A stretch of 64,000 bases of DNA from Meyerozyma guilliermondii (lineage: Eukaryota): the NCBI GenBank assembly GCA_051546255.1, contig CP128822.1:372001-436000 (forward strand), in the 5' to 3' direction. The notes under the pieces are model-generated. The model saw only the letters and a program-made list of their open reading frames with translations, was not told where the DNA came from and did no database searches. How positions within the stretch are numbered: position 1 is the first letter of the stretch; each line of letters opens with the position of its first letter. The translations under genes were made by a program, and so were the position numbers. Positions 43,014 through 54,960 of this stretch are shown in pieces.

Positions 43014-44073
43014 ATGCATAATGTACGACGTGCACTTTGACAATGTGCTATGCATGACGCACAGTGGAGTTGATGCAAAGATGCCTTTGCATTGACTCAC
43101 TTACGATTTTGTGGAAAGAGACATTTTTTCGTCTTCTCATATGACTCTAGCTAAGCAAGGTGAGCCCTACAAGTGAACTCATCACTATCTGGACTTGAAT
43201 TCGATAAAAATTATGACAACTGTTTAAATGTTCGATTTTTTCGATGTGCAGCTTGAGCATCAAAGGCATCCGCATGCATACGCATGCATGAGAGCCTTCA
43301 CTGAACCTCTACAATAACTTCTTGCTAAGCTTTATTTCAGTCTGGAACAGACTTGCGTTCCATAATTACAGCGAGGGAGAGGCTTGAGGTCATGAGGGGG
43401 TCCATGCAACATCATATCGTTCTGCCCTTTATTTTTCTTTGATTTATTCTATCTGAATGCATAATTCGCGCGACGTGCATAACCCCGACTTTCTGTTGAA
43501 GATCCATAAGGATATAGACGCCTCATAGTTTGACAGCTAAAGGGTCCAGCCGCCCACTAATTTCCATTCATTGAGAGATCCCGGGTCAAATTGCTCAGCA
43601 TTCCTTCACTTTTTGAACAGAAGCTCAACAAATTCGTGGTGGGCTCGGTTACGGTTGTAACAATTGCACCCACTCGCATTTTTTTTAATATACGACGCAA
43701 CTCCAATCGCACGAAAAGAACAATGGATTCATAGCCCTCTATGCATGAATTATGGAACGAGTCAGGTTGAAAAAAATAAATTCTCGATCTTGTCATGCAT
43801 ACGAGGGAATCTTGGCAGGCGAGTTGACGGTTTAGTTATCCGGCCCATCCTTTCGCTAGATCTTGCCCAAGCAGTCATTTGGTACATGTATCGTATGCAC
43901 GTCTATGTGCATCGTACAACATCAATCTTTGATGATAAACAACTAAACAGGTATATATTTAAAAGGAATCATTCTCGCCCGTGGTGCACGAAAACGTGAT
44001 ACCTTGCGCCAACTAGATTGCTTTGTCCCGTATCACGAAGAAATTCTATTATTTTGGCGCGTGCATGATGCAT
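43014..44073. promoter_or_regulatory. Cluster of RTGCAT motifs (Efg1/APSES-type sites) in the adhesin promoter
   Basis: ATGCAT at 43014, 43050, 43274, 43284, 43457, 43741, 43795 and 44068; GTGCAT at 43475, 43907 and 44061. Confidence 0.6.
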
Positions 44074-47000
44074 CGATTAGTTTTTTTTTTTACGAGAAAA
44101 AAATATTCCATATTCGGTCCAAAGAAGGTTAACAAAGATGTGACTTACGTAAGCGCCTGGCTGCAACACGAGTAATGAACTTGGTCAGAAATGTCAAGTT
44201 CAGAGAAGTAGAACTTTAGAGGGTAGACTTTTTGAGAAATGTCCCCGTGAAAAGCTGTTCACGCACAGAGGCATATTATTCGTTTAGTTTTGCCAAGAGG
44301 TTAATGCTCGAAAAAAACGATGACCCCACTTGGTGGCTTATTCACCAAATCACTTTAACTGGTTCTGTCGTTGGATCATGTAATTTTGTGAAGTGTCTTC
44401 CAGATCGAGGCGCGAGCGAAAAAATATTTCTTGGACATTTGGTGTGAATTCACTGCGCGGTGAATAAAGTGAGAAATGAAACTAGACGCGAGTTACAAGC
44501 GAGTGGTGTAAAGGAAAATTCCATTAGAAAGGAAGCTTAGAAGGAAATTTGGAAGGAAACTTTGAGGTACTAGGTTGACGTTGGTGAATGTGCATGAAAC
44601 ACATGGGTTTACGAGATATATATTTTCGAAAGTACAATAGCGGTGGCTTACATCAACCATTGTATGAGAACATTGTTTCGCAGATTTCTTTTACTGTAAC
44701 GGCAATCCAACTTAGGCGCCAGCGAAGAGTGTATGCGAGGCGGAAATTGCGGGTTAGGAGCGTACGTATCGGACTTGAGCTGCGCAGAGATATCCATACT
44801 GCAAGGCGGTGCGGCTCGTGGGATATCTTAAATCCCCTCCTGCCTGTTTCGGTCGTGGCGACATTGCAACCGTACATAGGCGGGATTTCGCGGTTTCTTT
44901 TATCGCCGCGCATGGATGTTTGCAATCGTAAATCGAGCTGAAAACGTGCGGAGCCGAGGCAGAAACATGGTTACTGGATACTGAAATTCTATCGAGGGGC
45001 TGTGACCTAAATCCGCCAAAATTCGTAGTAACTCGCAATTTTAAAAATCTAGGGTATTTTCCAGAGAGTTGAGCATTTACGCCAGTGACCAAAAGTACAA
45101 TGGGGCCCAATCGCCCAATTGAGTATGACATGTGATCAAGATACGATTGGTTCAATCGAGTAATTTCGCCGAAACCAGATTTGACTGGCTACATATAACA
45201 AGGTTGATATGTAGTTGCTAAGCAAACTTAAGTGAATGCAATAAGTAATCATTCAATAACCACTACAAGAGTAATCAGCCAATGGGTGCAGAAAATGATA
45301 TAGATATGTAAAAGAAAAGATTTCGACTGAGAGCTTGCTACTGCGAATGTCTCTATTGAATTGATCTTCGAATGAATACGGATCATCAGTCGTATTTTTG
45401 AAACTGCATATATCATTAAAGCTATGAAGCTTTGCAGTACTAATAAGACAAGAAGCAAAACTGAACTTTTGGACTCTTGAGCGTGATATCCTACTAGAAC
45501 TTGGCAGAATATAGGCGACTTCCCTGCAAATTTTAACTTATTTCTGTTTAACGACACTCTACCCACGGCGCTGACTCGGTCCAGTCGTTGAAGCGTCTCG
45601 AAATGGCTTGGCGTATATGTAAAGTGTTGTAACTTGGCTGGCGTTGAAATTTGGTGCTGATGCTCGGCGGCTAAATGCTCGCCTAATGTCGGTCGCTAAA
45701 GATGGGGAAGTAAAAAATAAATCAGCAGATCTCATGTTGGGTCGCTAAGCCCACCTTCGAGAAGTCATCGTTTCTACCTTGAGCTGGCTTGAATTCCAAT
45801 TACGAACTCGAGGCTGAGTCGTGGTCGAATCCGGATTGGAAGAAAAAAGTGATGACTACGGAATGGTGATTACGGCGGAATGATGTCGAAGATTCAGCGT
45901 AATTTTGCGTTATCAACCGTCTGCTGAATCTAAAAAGTTATGTGGAATAATTCATTTTTACAACTTTAAACTTTGATTTTGGGGAGACGAAGTAGGTGGT
46001 CAAGGTGGTGACGGAAGTCAGCGATACTTGACCTGTTAAACTCGCATGGAGCGCATATCGTATAAAACTCTTAATGGTGGTCAGGTTTCAAATTTCAGCG
46101 GTTCAATGCAATCACTTTGCAGAAAGTTGAAAGGGAAGGTTTTACCATTGGGCTTTTGGAGAGCTTGTTGCAATCAGGAATATACACCAGTACACCAGTG
46201 CTATAAAATGGCTGCAAATTTGCGACACAGTTTTTTCCTTATCTTAAGAAGTTTCTAGTTCGCTCATTATTTATTTCTCAGTCAAGTGCTCAATACAAGT
46301 TCCAGTTGGCTCAAATACATTTGAAAGCCAGTGGGTTCTGGTTGATTACCAAGATCTAGCTCATCAAGTCACCTAGTTGCATTATCATAAGCTTCAAGAC
46401 TAAAATTTGAGGTATGCTATTATCAGTTTGAGGTGGGGCCCTTTGAAGGTGATAGATCCATGCGTTACGAATAAGAATTCTTTAAGCGAGTAATAAGTAG
46501 TCAATAAACAACTCTGCGAATACCATAATACCTTAAGTTTGTACTAGAATATCTTTGTGTTTCTACAAGAATATCTTTGAGTTTGTAACATTGGTGGACC
46601 GAATAGCTTTGTTCGCTGGATTACCTTCTCAGTAAGTTCGATTTGCATAGTGTTACCAATTAATATCACTCTACTGTTCTGATACTTGGACCTCTTTTAA
46701 CTTATTCATTACTAGTTTAACTGTTATCAACGTATCGCTTAACGCATTCATAAACCAAGGTCTCCAAGTCAAAGTACTTGTCACCAAGGATCTTTTTACC
46801 AGCGGGACTGTTGAGCTCATATGGCAACTTGATCTTTTAGGAAGAGCCTTTAGCTATCAACTTCGAGATTGCAACTTTTGAAATTGTCATTAGGAAATTC
46901 TTTTGACTTTCTCAAACAGTTTTATTCCATCTTGATTAGTGCATAATCTTTTCTCTTCTGGAGGCTATCTTCTCTGTCTCCAAGCGAGTAGAGCACTCAG

Positions 47001-47561
47001 ATTCAGTAAGAATTGAAGGTAGCCTCAAACCACTTGGCTTTCCATGAAGTTAACGTCTCGATGTGATACTGAAATTCTTTATGGACTGGAAATTTGGCCA
47101 AATTGGTCATATTTTGTATGGTTATTCACCTAAGTCACGATTCCTAATGGTTCCACATCTCGATGCGCCTCTAAAGAAGAAATTCCCACCTATCGCAATA
47201 CCGATCGAATATCATCAAATGTTCCTGATACATCTTTCATTGGTCTAATAAACACCATTAGTTGAGTGTTACGAATGTACTTCCTTCCCTATCTATTCTC
47301 GAAAACAATGGAAAAAATTATATTCGAATTGGTTGCAAGAATAAATTGTGAGCCGCATTCTGCAGCATAAATCTCAGAAAGTACGAATTTTGCAAAATTA
47401 ACAAATAATGAAAATTTCAAAATTGACTCCGAAAGCTTCAAAGAAATGCCTCTTGCAAGACATTAGTGTACCATAGCTGTGAATAAGACTTTTGTGATCA
47501 TTTTGATTGCATTTTGAATCGACGGGATTTTGACTTCACCCTTTTTATGATTCAGCATTAA

Positions 47562-48440
47562 TTAATAACTCGATCTATACGCACCAAATATAGGTGGACT
47601 CCGAACCTGCCCAAACGCTGTCTTCTTGTTCTGCGATTCTGGCATGGCGCGTTGTTTAAATATCTCCTCGTCCTCCTTCTCGGTCTTCTCTCTCCGCGTG
47701 AGGTATTTCAACTCTTCCATGTTGATGATACTGAGGGTCGATTCTTGGATCGACTGGTATGCCTTGGTGATCCCATCCAATAAAAGTTTCTTCGTAAATT
47801 CCTTGGCCTGTTCCTGTACACATATGTCCATTCCAAGCTTGAATATATCATGCATCGTCTGCGCAATGCTGTTGATACCGATTGCGAACGCATTGTGTGC
47901 GTCGACAGGTCCCTGTACTCCTTCTTTGATCATTTGGTCCAAAGCGGCCATGCTGACGTTATGGCTCTGTCCCATCGGATTAAAGTCTTTGGGGATCGCG
48001 TCGTGTTCTCTGTACCATACGTTGCGGTCGGTGCGACTGCGTTCTTGATTATGGTTGACAACATGGTTGCGAATCTCTTGCACTGCCAGCTTTACAGCGT
48101 CATCAATTTTGTATTCGACTCCAAAATAGGCTTCGTCGGCTCCATGTTGGTAGTTGAAGTCTTTGATGACTATCTCATTATCACCAATACGATTGTTGAT
48201 TTTCACTCGATCAGAATCAATGGGCTGGTCTGTCTTTTCGTTGACCAGGAGGTTTTCTAACCCGTTTTCGATGGAGTTCTTGTCCGTGTTCTGATTTGCT
48301 TTCTCATTCACTTCGTTCAATTTCTCATTCAACTCGTCCAACTTGCCACTCAACTCATCCAACTTTTCATTCAACTCCTCCTTTAATTTCATCAAATTCA
48401 TGTTCAATCTTTCATTCGAGTATGGTTGTATGAAAGTCAT
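47562..48440 (-). CDS. Hypothetical protein with an N-terminal heptad coiled coil
   Basis: ATG-initiated 292-codon ORF with LKEELNEKLDELSGKLDELNEKLNEVNEK heptads; no family recognised. Confidence 0.6.
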   Translation of the reverse strand: MTFIQPYSNERLNMNLMKLKEELNEKLDELSGKLDELNEKLNEVNEKANQNTDKNSIENGLENLLVNEKTDQPIDSDRVKINNRIGDNEIVIKDFNYQHGADEAYFGVEYKIDDAVKLAVQEIRNHVVNHNQERSRTDRNVWYREHDAIPKDFNPMGQSHNVSMAALDQMIKEGVQGPVDAHNAFAIGINSIAQTMHDIFKLGMDICVQEQAKEFTKKLLLDGITKAYQSIQESTLSIINMEELKYLTRREKTEKEDEEIFKQRAMPESQNKKTAFGQVRSPPIFGAYRSSY

Positions 48441-48971
48441 TCCAGCTTGCTGAAAAGGTACTGAATTGAATGTTTATTTTGCTTGACGTAACGACAAGTT
48501 CACAGATTGCTCGTTGCTTTTGGATTTCTCCTGCGAATTTATATTCCCGGCACCTTCTCCCTTATAGCCTCAAACATCCAATCACCGCCGTACTTGGCAC
48601 AGATCTTCGCTTATTCCGCGCTTCGGTCACGTGATATACTTTGCAACCGAAGTACTTGAACGGGAATGAAAGAGCATTAACCTCAATTGGGCATTCATTC
48701 AAAATTTACAATCTAAATGACTTTTGCAGTCATCTCGTTGCATACAAGTATAATACAATGTTCAAATTTGAAATTACTCGAGCGAAAGAAATTTACAAAG
48801 GTTATCGGATAAGTAGTAATAGCTCTACTATTCTAGGCTCAAAGCAGTTCATCTGTCCTTGCAGGTTTAGTGCATAAAGCATAATGCAAGACCCCTGCAC
48901 CACCACGCAAGGCTAATGCACTTGCAGATTGACCTGGGCTCCAATCTGGTTGTTGGTCGTAGATTTGGCTG

Positions 48972-49051
48972 GGTGTTGGGCTGCAATATAGAAAGGTGTT
49001 GGGATGTTTGTCTATGGGTGCTGGGATGTGAAGAGATATGGTGTTGGGATG
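48972..49051 (+). repeat. Four direct copies of GGTGYTGGGMTG at 22-23-bp spacing (Rap1-like sites)
   Basis: GGTGTTGGGCTG at 48972, GGTGTTGGGATG at 48995, GGTGCTGGGATG at 49017 and GGTGTTGGGATG at 49040, with unrelated 10-11-bp spacers. Confidence 0.75.
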
Positions 49052-49153
49052 CGCCGCGCCCCACTCAATGTGGCTTATCGACGCGCATGTAGACGCATTG
49101 TCATCTGCACAATCTCTGTTATCAGTATCAATTTCTTTAGTTCTATTATAATT

Positions 49154-49783
49154 ATGTTATTATCAATTATATCAATAATCCTCAATTACTTTAGACCTGT
49201 CACTGCAACAGAACCAGATACTGGCCCAATTGTCTTCAACTCAACTGATTGGAGTAAATACGGCTATCCAATCCTTAATCGACCCGTCGAGTATCCATAT
49301 ATGTTCGAATTATTTGATGGATCCAAGGTAGTGATTTATGAGTCAGGTCCTTCAAATATTAATGTAGGCGACTTGTTATTAATACAAACGAATGGGGCTC
49401 AGTACAAGGTCAATAATGAATGGTATCTAGTTGGAGCAGTGGGTCCAGATGGAAAGTATTTCAAGATATCAAATGAATAAGTCAATGCGCTCGGCATTGA
49501 TTGTGATAATGTTACCAATTACAATAGTCTTCATGATGTTGAAGTTTTCATAAATGATCAGGAAAAGGTGGAGGGCCAGGTACTTGCTAGTGAGCTTGAT
49601 ATTTTGTCAAATTATGAACAGATATTGTGGAGTAGACAAAAGACCTTGAACGATGATAGGACAGAAGTGCTACCAAAAGGTTGAAATCGAGCGTCATATA
49701 CCTATAGGAATAATGACACTTGTGCGAGGGAAGAAGATAACGGATCTGGTATATGATATTGTACTTGCACCGCTAGATTTTAA
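49154..49783 (+). pseudogene. Small secreted-protein gene, probably interrupted by in-frame stops
   Basis: Signal peptide MLLSIISIILNYFRPVTA|TEPD, then TAA at 49478. The same frame stays open for 67 further codons and continues past TGAs at 49682 and 49754 into a Cys-containing tail. Confidence 0.45.
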
Positions 49784-50119
49784 CAGCAGGAGGTTATATC
49801 TGCAATCGTTTGTTGGTATATTGATTCGTGACTCCCTTCAGTCTTTTATAATATTGTATTACATTCTACATTATGCTTTCAAAGAAAATTGTAGGTTTCT
49901 TTCCCCATGAAAATGGAATCTCTTAAAGTTTGGTAATGGATCTATGGCACTCGAAGTAAATTCCGAAGGTCGAAATAACAAAATAGCAGATACCGAAGCC
50001 CTACGAAACACATCTCGACCCTTTTTACGCATCTAGAATTTGCAGCCAATCGTCATCCTGCACACATTACTACCCCTCAACTTCAACTCAGAGTCTAACT
50101 TCAAACTCAAACACTACTT

Positions 50120-52227
50120 ATGAATCTAAATGGCTTACCAAGTGAAGTTCTCACGCGTTGCTTTTCCCACTTGAGCACAGATCTACTCACAGATATAATA
50201 CTATTGGACAATATTCCCGATTATATACTTGAAGCAGCAGCTAACAATCTCAACCATATATGGTATGCAAACCGACTTCAAGGCAAGAACAGAATTGCAA
50301 TTATTAACGAACACTATGAAACCGGTTTCGTGCGAAATTACGATGAAATTTCTCGCTACTGGTTTCACTTTGAAACCGAGTTCGACCGCTTTCTGCGCAT
50401 ACACAAGGTGCTCGAAAAGAAGTCCATCACGCGTCCTCTTTGGTTCCATTATAAATGGGAAAACATTTTTGAGATGCGTCGAAATCTCGATGAAATAAAC
50501 TCAGTTTACCGTGGCCAAAAGTTAGGCATAAGTGCTGACCTCACAGACATGTCGTCCAAATGTGTTCGTTTTTTCTCAGACCATGATATTAATCGCAAGA
50601 TCACTTAACTCTCATTGTACGCTTGTGACCGTGTACATTTGATTGATTTCCCTAATTTAGAAACTTTCTATGGCAAAAAATGCGAAATAACTGTTGACCA
50701 CACCCACCCCAGCTTGAAGAACTTATATCTTAAAGGGGTGACTTTCAGCTCATTACCAGTTAATTTGAAAGAGTTGGTAGCAAGATATTGCTACATAAGT
50801 ATGAAGGAAGACCATCCGAAACTAGAAGGTTTACGAGTGTTGGTTTTAGTGGACGTACACTCTTCTGATTGTCCCTTACTACTTCAAAAACTCTGGAACA
50901 AAGATTTGGAAACTTTTCGTATACTGAGGGTATCGATGATGAGGAAGAAGTTATGGATGAAGTCATAAATGTGAATGAAGCCATTTCCATGCTTGGCGCC
51001 AAAGTGATGAATTTTGGATCTGCTAGTTCATCGTTTTCTGGATTTCCTAAAAATCTACGCTCTTTGTTCTCCAAGAATGTAAGAGCTGATCCGTCTTATA
51101 ATGGTATTATCCTTCACGATTTGACCGCTTTTACTCAAATGACTTCCCTCACGATTTTTCCGTATTCAGGTATTATCGACACTTTGAAATTACCGCCCAA
51201 GTTGCTCAAACTTTCGATTACGTGTGTTAAGTTTCAAGACTTGGAAAGAATCAGTTTTCCGCCTCGAATAGTTGACCTCAAGTTAACACATTGTCATATC
51301 ACTCTGACTATCGGCTGGCTAGAACCAGTCCGATTGAAGCGACTCTCACTTGCCCACAATAATTTTCGACCTTTTAAAGCTTTTCTTCCTTGCTGTGAAT
51401 ACTTGAGCTTGGACGACAATCCTTTAGCGGAACTTGAGATCGAAGCTCCCGTTATTAAGCATATCAGTTTGTGCGATACTTTATTGGCGTCAATACCGAA
51501 ACTTCCAGATAGTCTTCAAGTACTTATTATCAGTGGCTATGACCTAGCACTCACCCATATGTCTGATTTGCCTCCTAGTTTAAAGGTTTTAGACCTCGCG
51601 GATTCTACAGATGTAGTTCTTGAAGACTACACTTTCCCTCCATCAATACAAGAACTCAACCTCGGCCAAATAGGCTTTTTAAAAATGAGTGGAGTCAAAT
51701 TTGCCAAAGGATCAAGATTAAAAGAGTTGATATTGGGCGATTCTGATTTATCCACAATGGACTTCTCTAAATTAACTACTCTCAACGACAGAATGATTGA
51801 GCTCCCCTCAGGCTTGAAGGCACTAAAGTTGCAAGGCATGAACTTGGAAAACATAGATGGTTTCACCATTCCGCAATCAGTTACATTTCTAGACTTGAGA
51901 GAAAACAATTTGGAATCATTTGAAGTTAAGTCTCATATTGAGACACTCTATCTCAATGAAAATCCAATAAAATCAAATTTTACGGTACATGAGGATCTGG
52001 AGCTAAGAGTTTTTGATCTTACAGGTATTGGAATAACAATGTTTTCATTTCAAATGGTTAAAGCTCCAAAACTCGCCCAACTACGTCTAGGTGCTGAGCT
52101 CGAAAAGATCGATCTTTCGAATATGCCAGTCGATTTTCAAGTTCTAGAGCATTATGATGGTGGATCCTGTACATTGATACAACCCAAAACGGGGCCCGAA
52201 TCATATATCTACAGCAGTTTGCTATGA
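50120..52227 (+). pseudogene. F-box / leucine-rich-repeat protein, copy 1 (nonsense plus frameshift)
   Basis: F-box-like start MNLNGLPSEVLTRCFSHL. In-frame TAA at 50606, where the paralogues have TGC (KITCLSL). 1-nt deletion near 50912 relative to copy 2. LPxxLxxLxL LRRs downstream. Confidence 0.8.
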
Positions 52228-53370
52228 GTTTATATTGGATCACGAAAAGACCAACTAGGACTCGCACTGAATATTACAGAAGCTGTGGCTTAGGGTTTTA
52301 CTTTAGCTGTGGTGAGGAAGAAAATAGACAAAGTCAGTTTAATATAAAAATTTACGTTATAGTATATGAATTCAGTTTCTCAAAGTGGCCAGAGAAACCA
52401 TTGTTGATGTGCTTTTTTATACAATGTATTTCTACGAAACATAAGTTAGTCTTGATTTTGTTCAATCTTGATATTTCCCCAGTGCCAACTATTCTCGCAA
52501 TGAAATCAGTATATCTCTACAATGGTGTTGGGAGAAGCGCTGTTTTAGAATCAGTTAATCCAGTTCTATGAAACCCTCCAGTATGCAACAGTAGCAGATC
52601 CAGATATGGATAGATAGAGCAAGGATAATGGTTGCAAAAAATTACCCGATTGGGAAGAACCTGCAGCAGACCGGAATCATATTTGGAGAACTTCTTCGCT
52701 AATAGAGATTACGGGCACTGATCCGAGATTGCCTTCTCAAGTGTATATTAGTGATAATATACAGCTAATCCGAGAACTGTCTTCAAGCGCAAGTACTGAA
52801 TAAATTTATATGTGAAATTGCAAATTTTTAAAAGTTCAATATTTAGTTGGTACGTATTGCCAGTCATTCTTGAGAAGACTGTAAACAACGTATTTGCAGC
52901 AGCCTCTTCCCTCATTAGGTGAATGTAGATCTCAGGCTGGCTGTTTCTTCTTGTCGACTAGCGGTTCCCGATTAAGTCACAATCGGATTTCAGATGGTTC
53001 TCTTCCATCCCTATATCTCATTCATTACTCACTTGAGTGTTACGTATTTGAGCATACTAGCTTCTAATCCAATTGCAGAACCAAATAGAGACATGGTCTC
53101 TAAGTTCATTTATAAGCATCACGTTATCTGTTATCCATCTCATGGCTGAATAATTCAAGATTCTCAAATTAATGTTCGGTGCGGCTTATGTCCGCGGACT
53201 CCGAGGACGTCCTGGAGAAAGCTCATTTTGCAATGATTATAATATCGATACAAAGCGCCAAGATGTTGCGATATTTGCTCCGTTCAAGGTTATAAAACGC
53301 GGAGATCCTTAACATGGTGGATTTACTCGTAATTCGTACCTAGAGAAGTGGAGGGTAGTTCCCAAAAAAT

Positions 53371-54960
53371 ATGAGAAGCAACTTTTTCCAGGAAACATTG
53401 TTTGGTATCATTATAAGAAAATTATCCAATAAAAAATTCTTGAAGCATTCGTATGAAACAAGAGAATATGTTTCAGAAAAGTCTCAGGAATATTCTGGTC
53501 TATTTTCATTGAGTCTGGATATTGACATAAGCAAGAAACAAGAGATCATAGAGATAACTTGGGATAATGCAAAAGATCCCGAAAATCCCAAAAACTGGTC
53601 AACTTTCAAACAAAGTTTATTTTGCTTCCAAGTTTCGTTTTTAACGCTTGCTGTTTATTTGGCATCAGCTATTTATGTTCCGGGAATTGAAGATATTCAA
53701 GAGGCATTTAATGTGGGTCATGTTGCAGCTACACTTCCATTGACTTTATTCGTGTTTGGATATGGGTTTGGTCCAATGATATTCTCCCCCATTTCTGAAA
53801 ATGCAGAGGTTGGAAGAATGCCATTGTATATTTCTTCGTTGCTTATTTCTGTCCTCTTACAAATTCCACTAGCGTTGGCTCACAATTTTGCAGGACTATG
53901 TATATTACGTTTTCTAACTGGAGTTTTCGCCTCCCCCTGTCTATCAATAGGACCTGCTGCTGTATGTGATGTGTTGAGTGTTGCGTATGGACCTATTGGA
54001 ATTGGACTATGGTCCGTTGCTGCAGTTTCAGGTCCTTCGTTCGGTCCATTAATTGGCTCTGTTTTAGTGGTGAAAACGAGTTGGAGATGGACATTTTGGA
54101 TATTGTGCATACTAGACGGGTTTGCTTTGGTATTGGTTTTTTTCTTCTTTCCTGAGACTAATGAGAATGCCTTATTACACCGTAAGGCTGTTCGGTTACG
54201 CAAGATGATTGGGAATGAAAATATTGTTAGCCGCAGCGAACTAACCACTCACCAGATGACGCTCAACGAAAAAATCATTGATACTTTATGGAGACCAATC
54301 GAAATCACAATCCGCGAGCCAATGGTATTTATGGTCCACATATACTTGTCATTGGTGTATGCAATTATGTATTTGTGGTTTGAATGTTTCCCAATCGTAT
54401 TCCAGGAGGTCCATAATTTCAGTTTAGTGTTGACTGGAGTGGCCTACATGGGTGTTATCATTGGTAGTTTGATTGGAAGTATCATTTATACTACCTTAAC
54501 CTATCATATTTTCACACGAAAGGTACTAAGAGGTGAAGATGTTCGTCCTGAAGTTTTCATTCCCATGACTATATTTTCTGCTATGGCAATGTCCATTGGG
54601 GTCTTCATCTTTGGTTGGACTGCATCACCTAGCATACACTGGGTATTTCCTATTATAGGATCAGCGATTTTTTCTCTTGGGGCATTTATAACCTTTCAAG
54701 CATTGTTCAATTATCTTGCTATGTCGTTTTTGAGGTTCGTTGCTTCTGTGTTTGCTGGTAATGCATTGTTCAGGTCTTTCATCGGAGGTGCCTTGCCATT
54801 AGTTGGTAGAAGAATGTTTTTGAATTTGGGTCCCGAAAAATTTCCGGTTGGCTGGGGTTGTAGTATCATGGGGTTTATTGCTGCTGCTATGGTATCCATT
54901 CCAATATTGTTCAATTCAAAAGGGTCTAAGCTTCGAGCTAGATCAAAGTACGCTGATTAG
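53371..54960 (+). CDS. DHA1-family MFS drug:H+ antiporter (Mdr1/Flr1-like)
   Basis: WDNAKDPENPKNWS, FSPISENAEVGR, GPSFGPLIG, WRWTFW, PETN and LRARSKYA motifs. Confidence 0.9.
   Translation: MRSNFFQETLFGIIIRKLSNKKFLKHSYETREYVSEKSQEYSGLFSLSLDIDISKKQEIIEITWDNAKDPENPKNWSTFKQSLFCFQVSFLTLAVYLASAIYVPGIEDIQEAFNVGHVAATLPLTLFVFGYGFGPMIFSPISENAEVGRMPLYISSLLISVLLQIPLALAHNFAGLCILRFLTGVFASPCLSIGPAAVCDVLSVAYGPIGIGLWSVAAVSGPSFGPLIGSVLVVKTSWRWTFWILCILDGFALVLVFFFFPETNENALLHRKAVRLRKMIGNENIVSRSELTTHQMTLNEKIIDTLWRPIEITIREPMVFMVHIYLSLVYAIMYLWFECFPIVFQEVHNFSLVLTGVAYMGVIIGSLIGSIIYTTLTYHIFTRKVLRGEDVRPEVFIPMTIFSAMAMSIGVFIFGWTASPSIHWVFPIIGSAIFSLGAFITFQALFNYLAMSFLRFVASVFAGNALFRSFIGGALPLVGRRMFLNLGPEKFPVGWGCSIMGFIAAAMVSIPILFNSKGSKLRARSKYAD

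Noticed and set aside
42878..47248. Many 60-130-aa ORFs in the adhesin upstream region
   Set aside because: Mostly non-ATG starts, overlapping on both strands and without protein-like motifs; consistent with non-coding promoter DNA.
46500..47250. Minus-strand fragments GLRLPSILTE and KIKLPYELNS that hint at an older LRR relic
   Set aside because: Many stops and no sustained alignment to the three F-box/LRR copies by eye; TBLASTN would be needed.
48972..49051. Repeat-spacer pattern superficially like a CRISPR array
   Set aside because: Repeats of 12 bp and spacers of 10-11 bp are far too short, the host is eukaryotic and there are no cas genes; a transcription-factor site array fits better.
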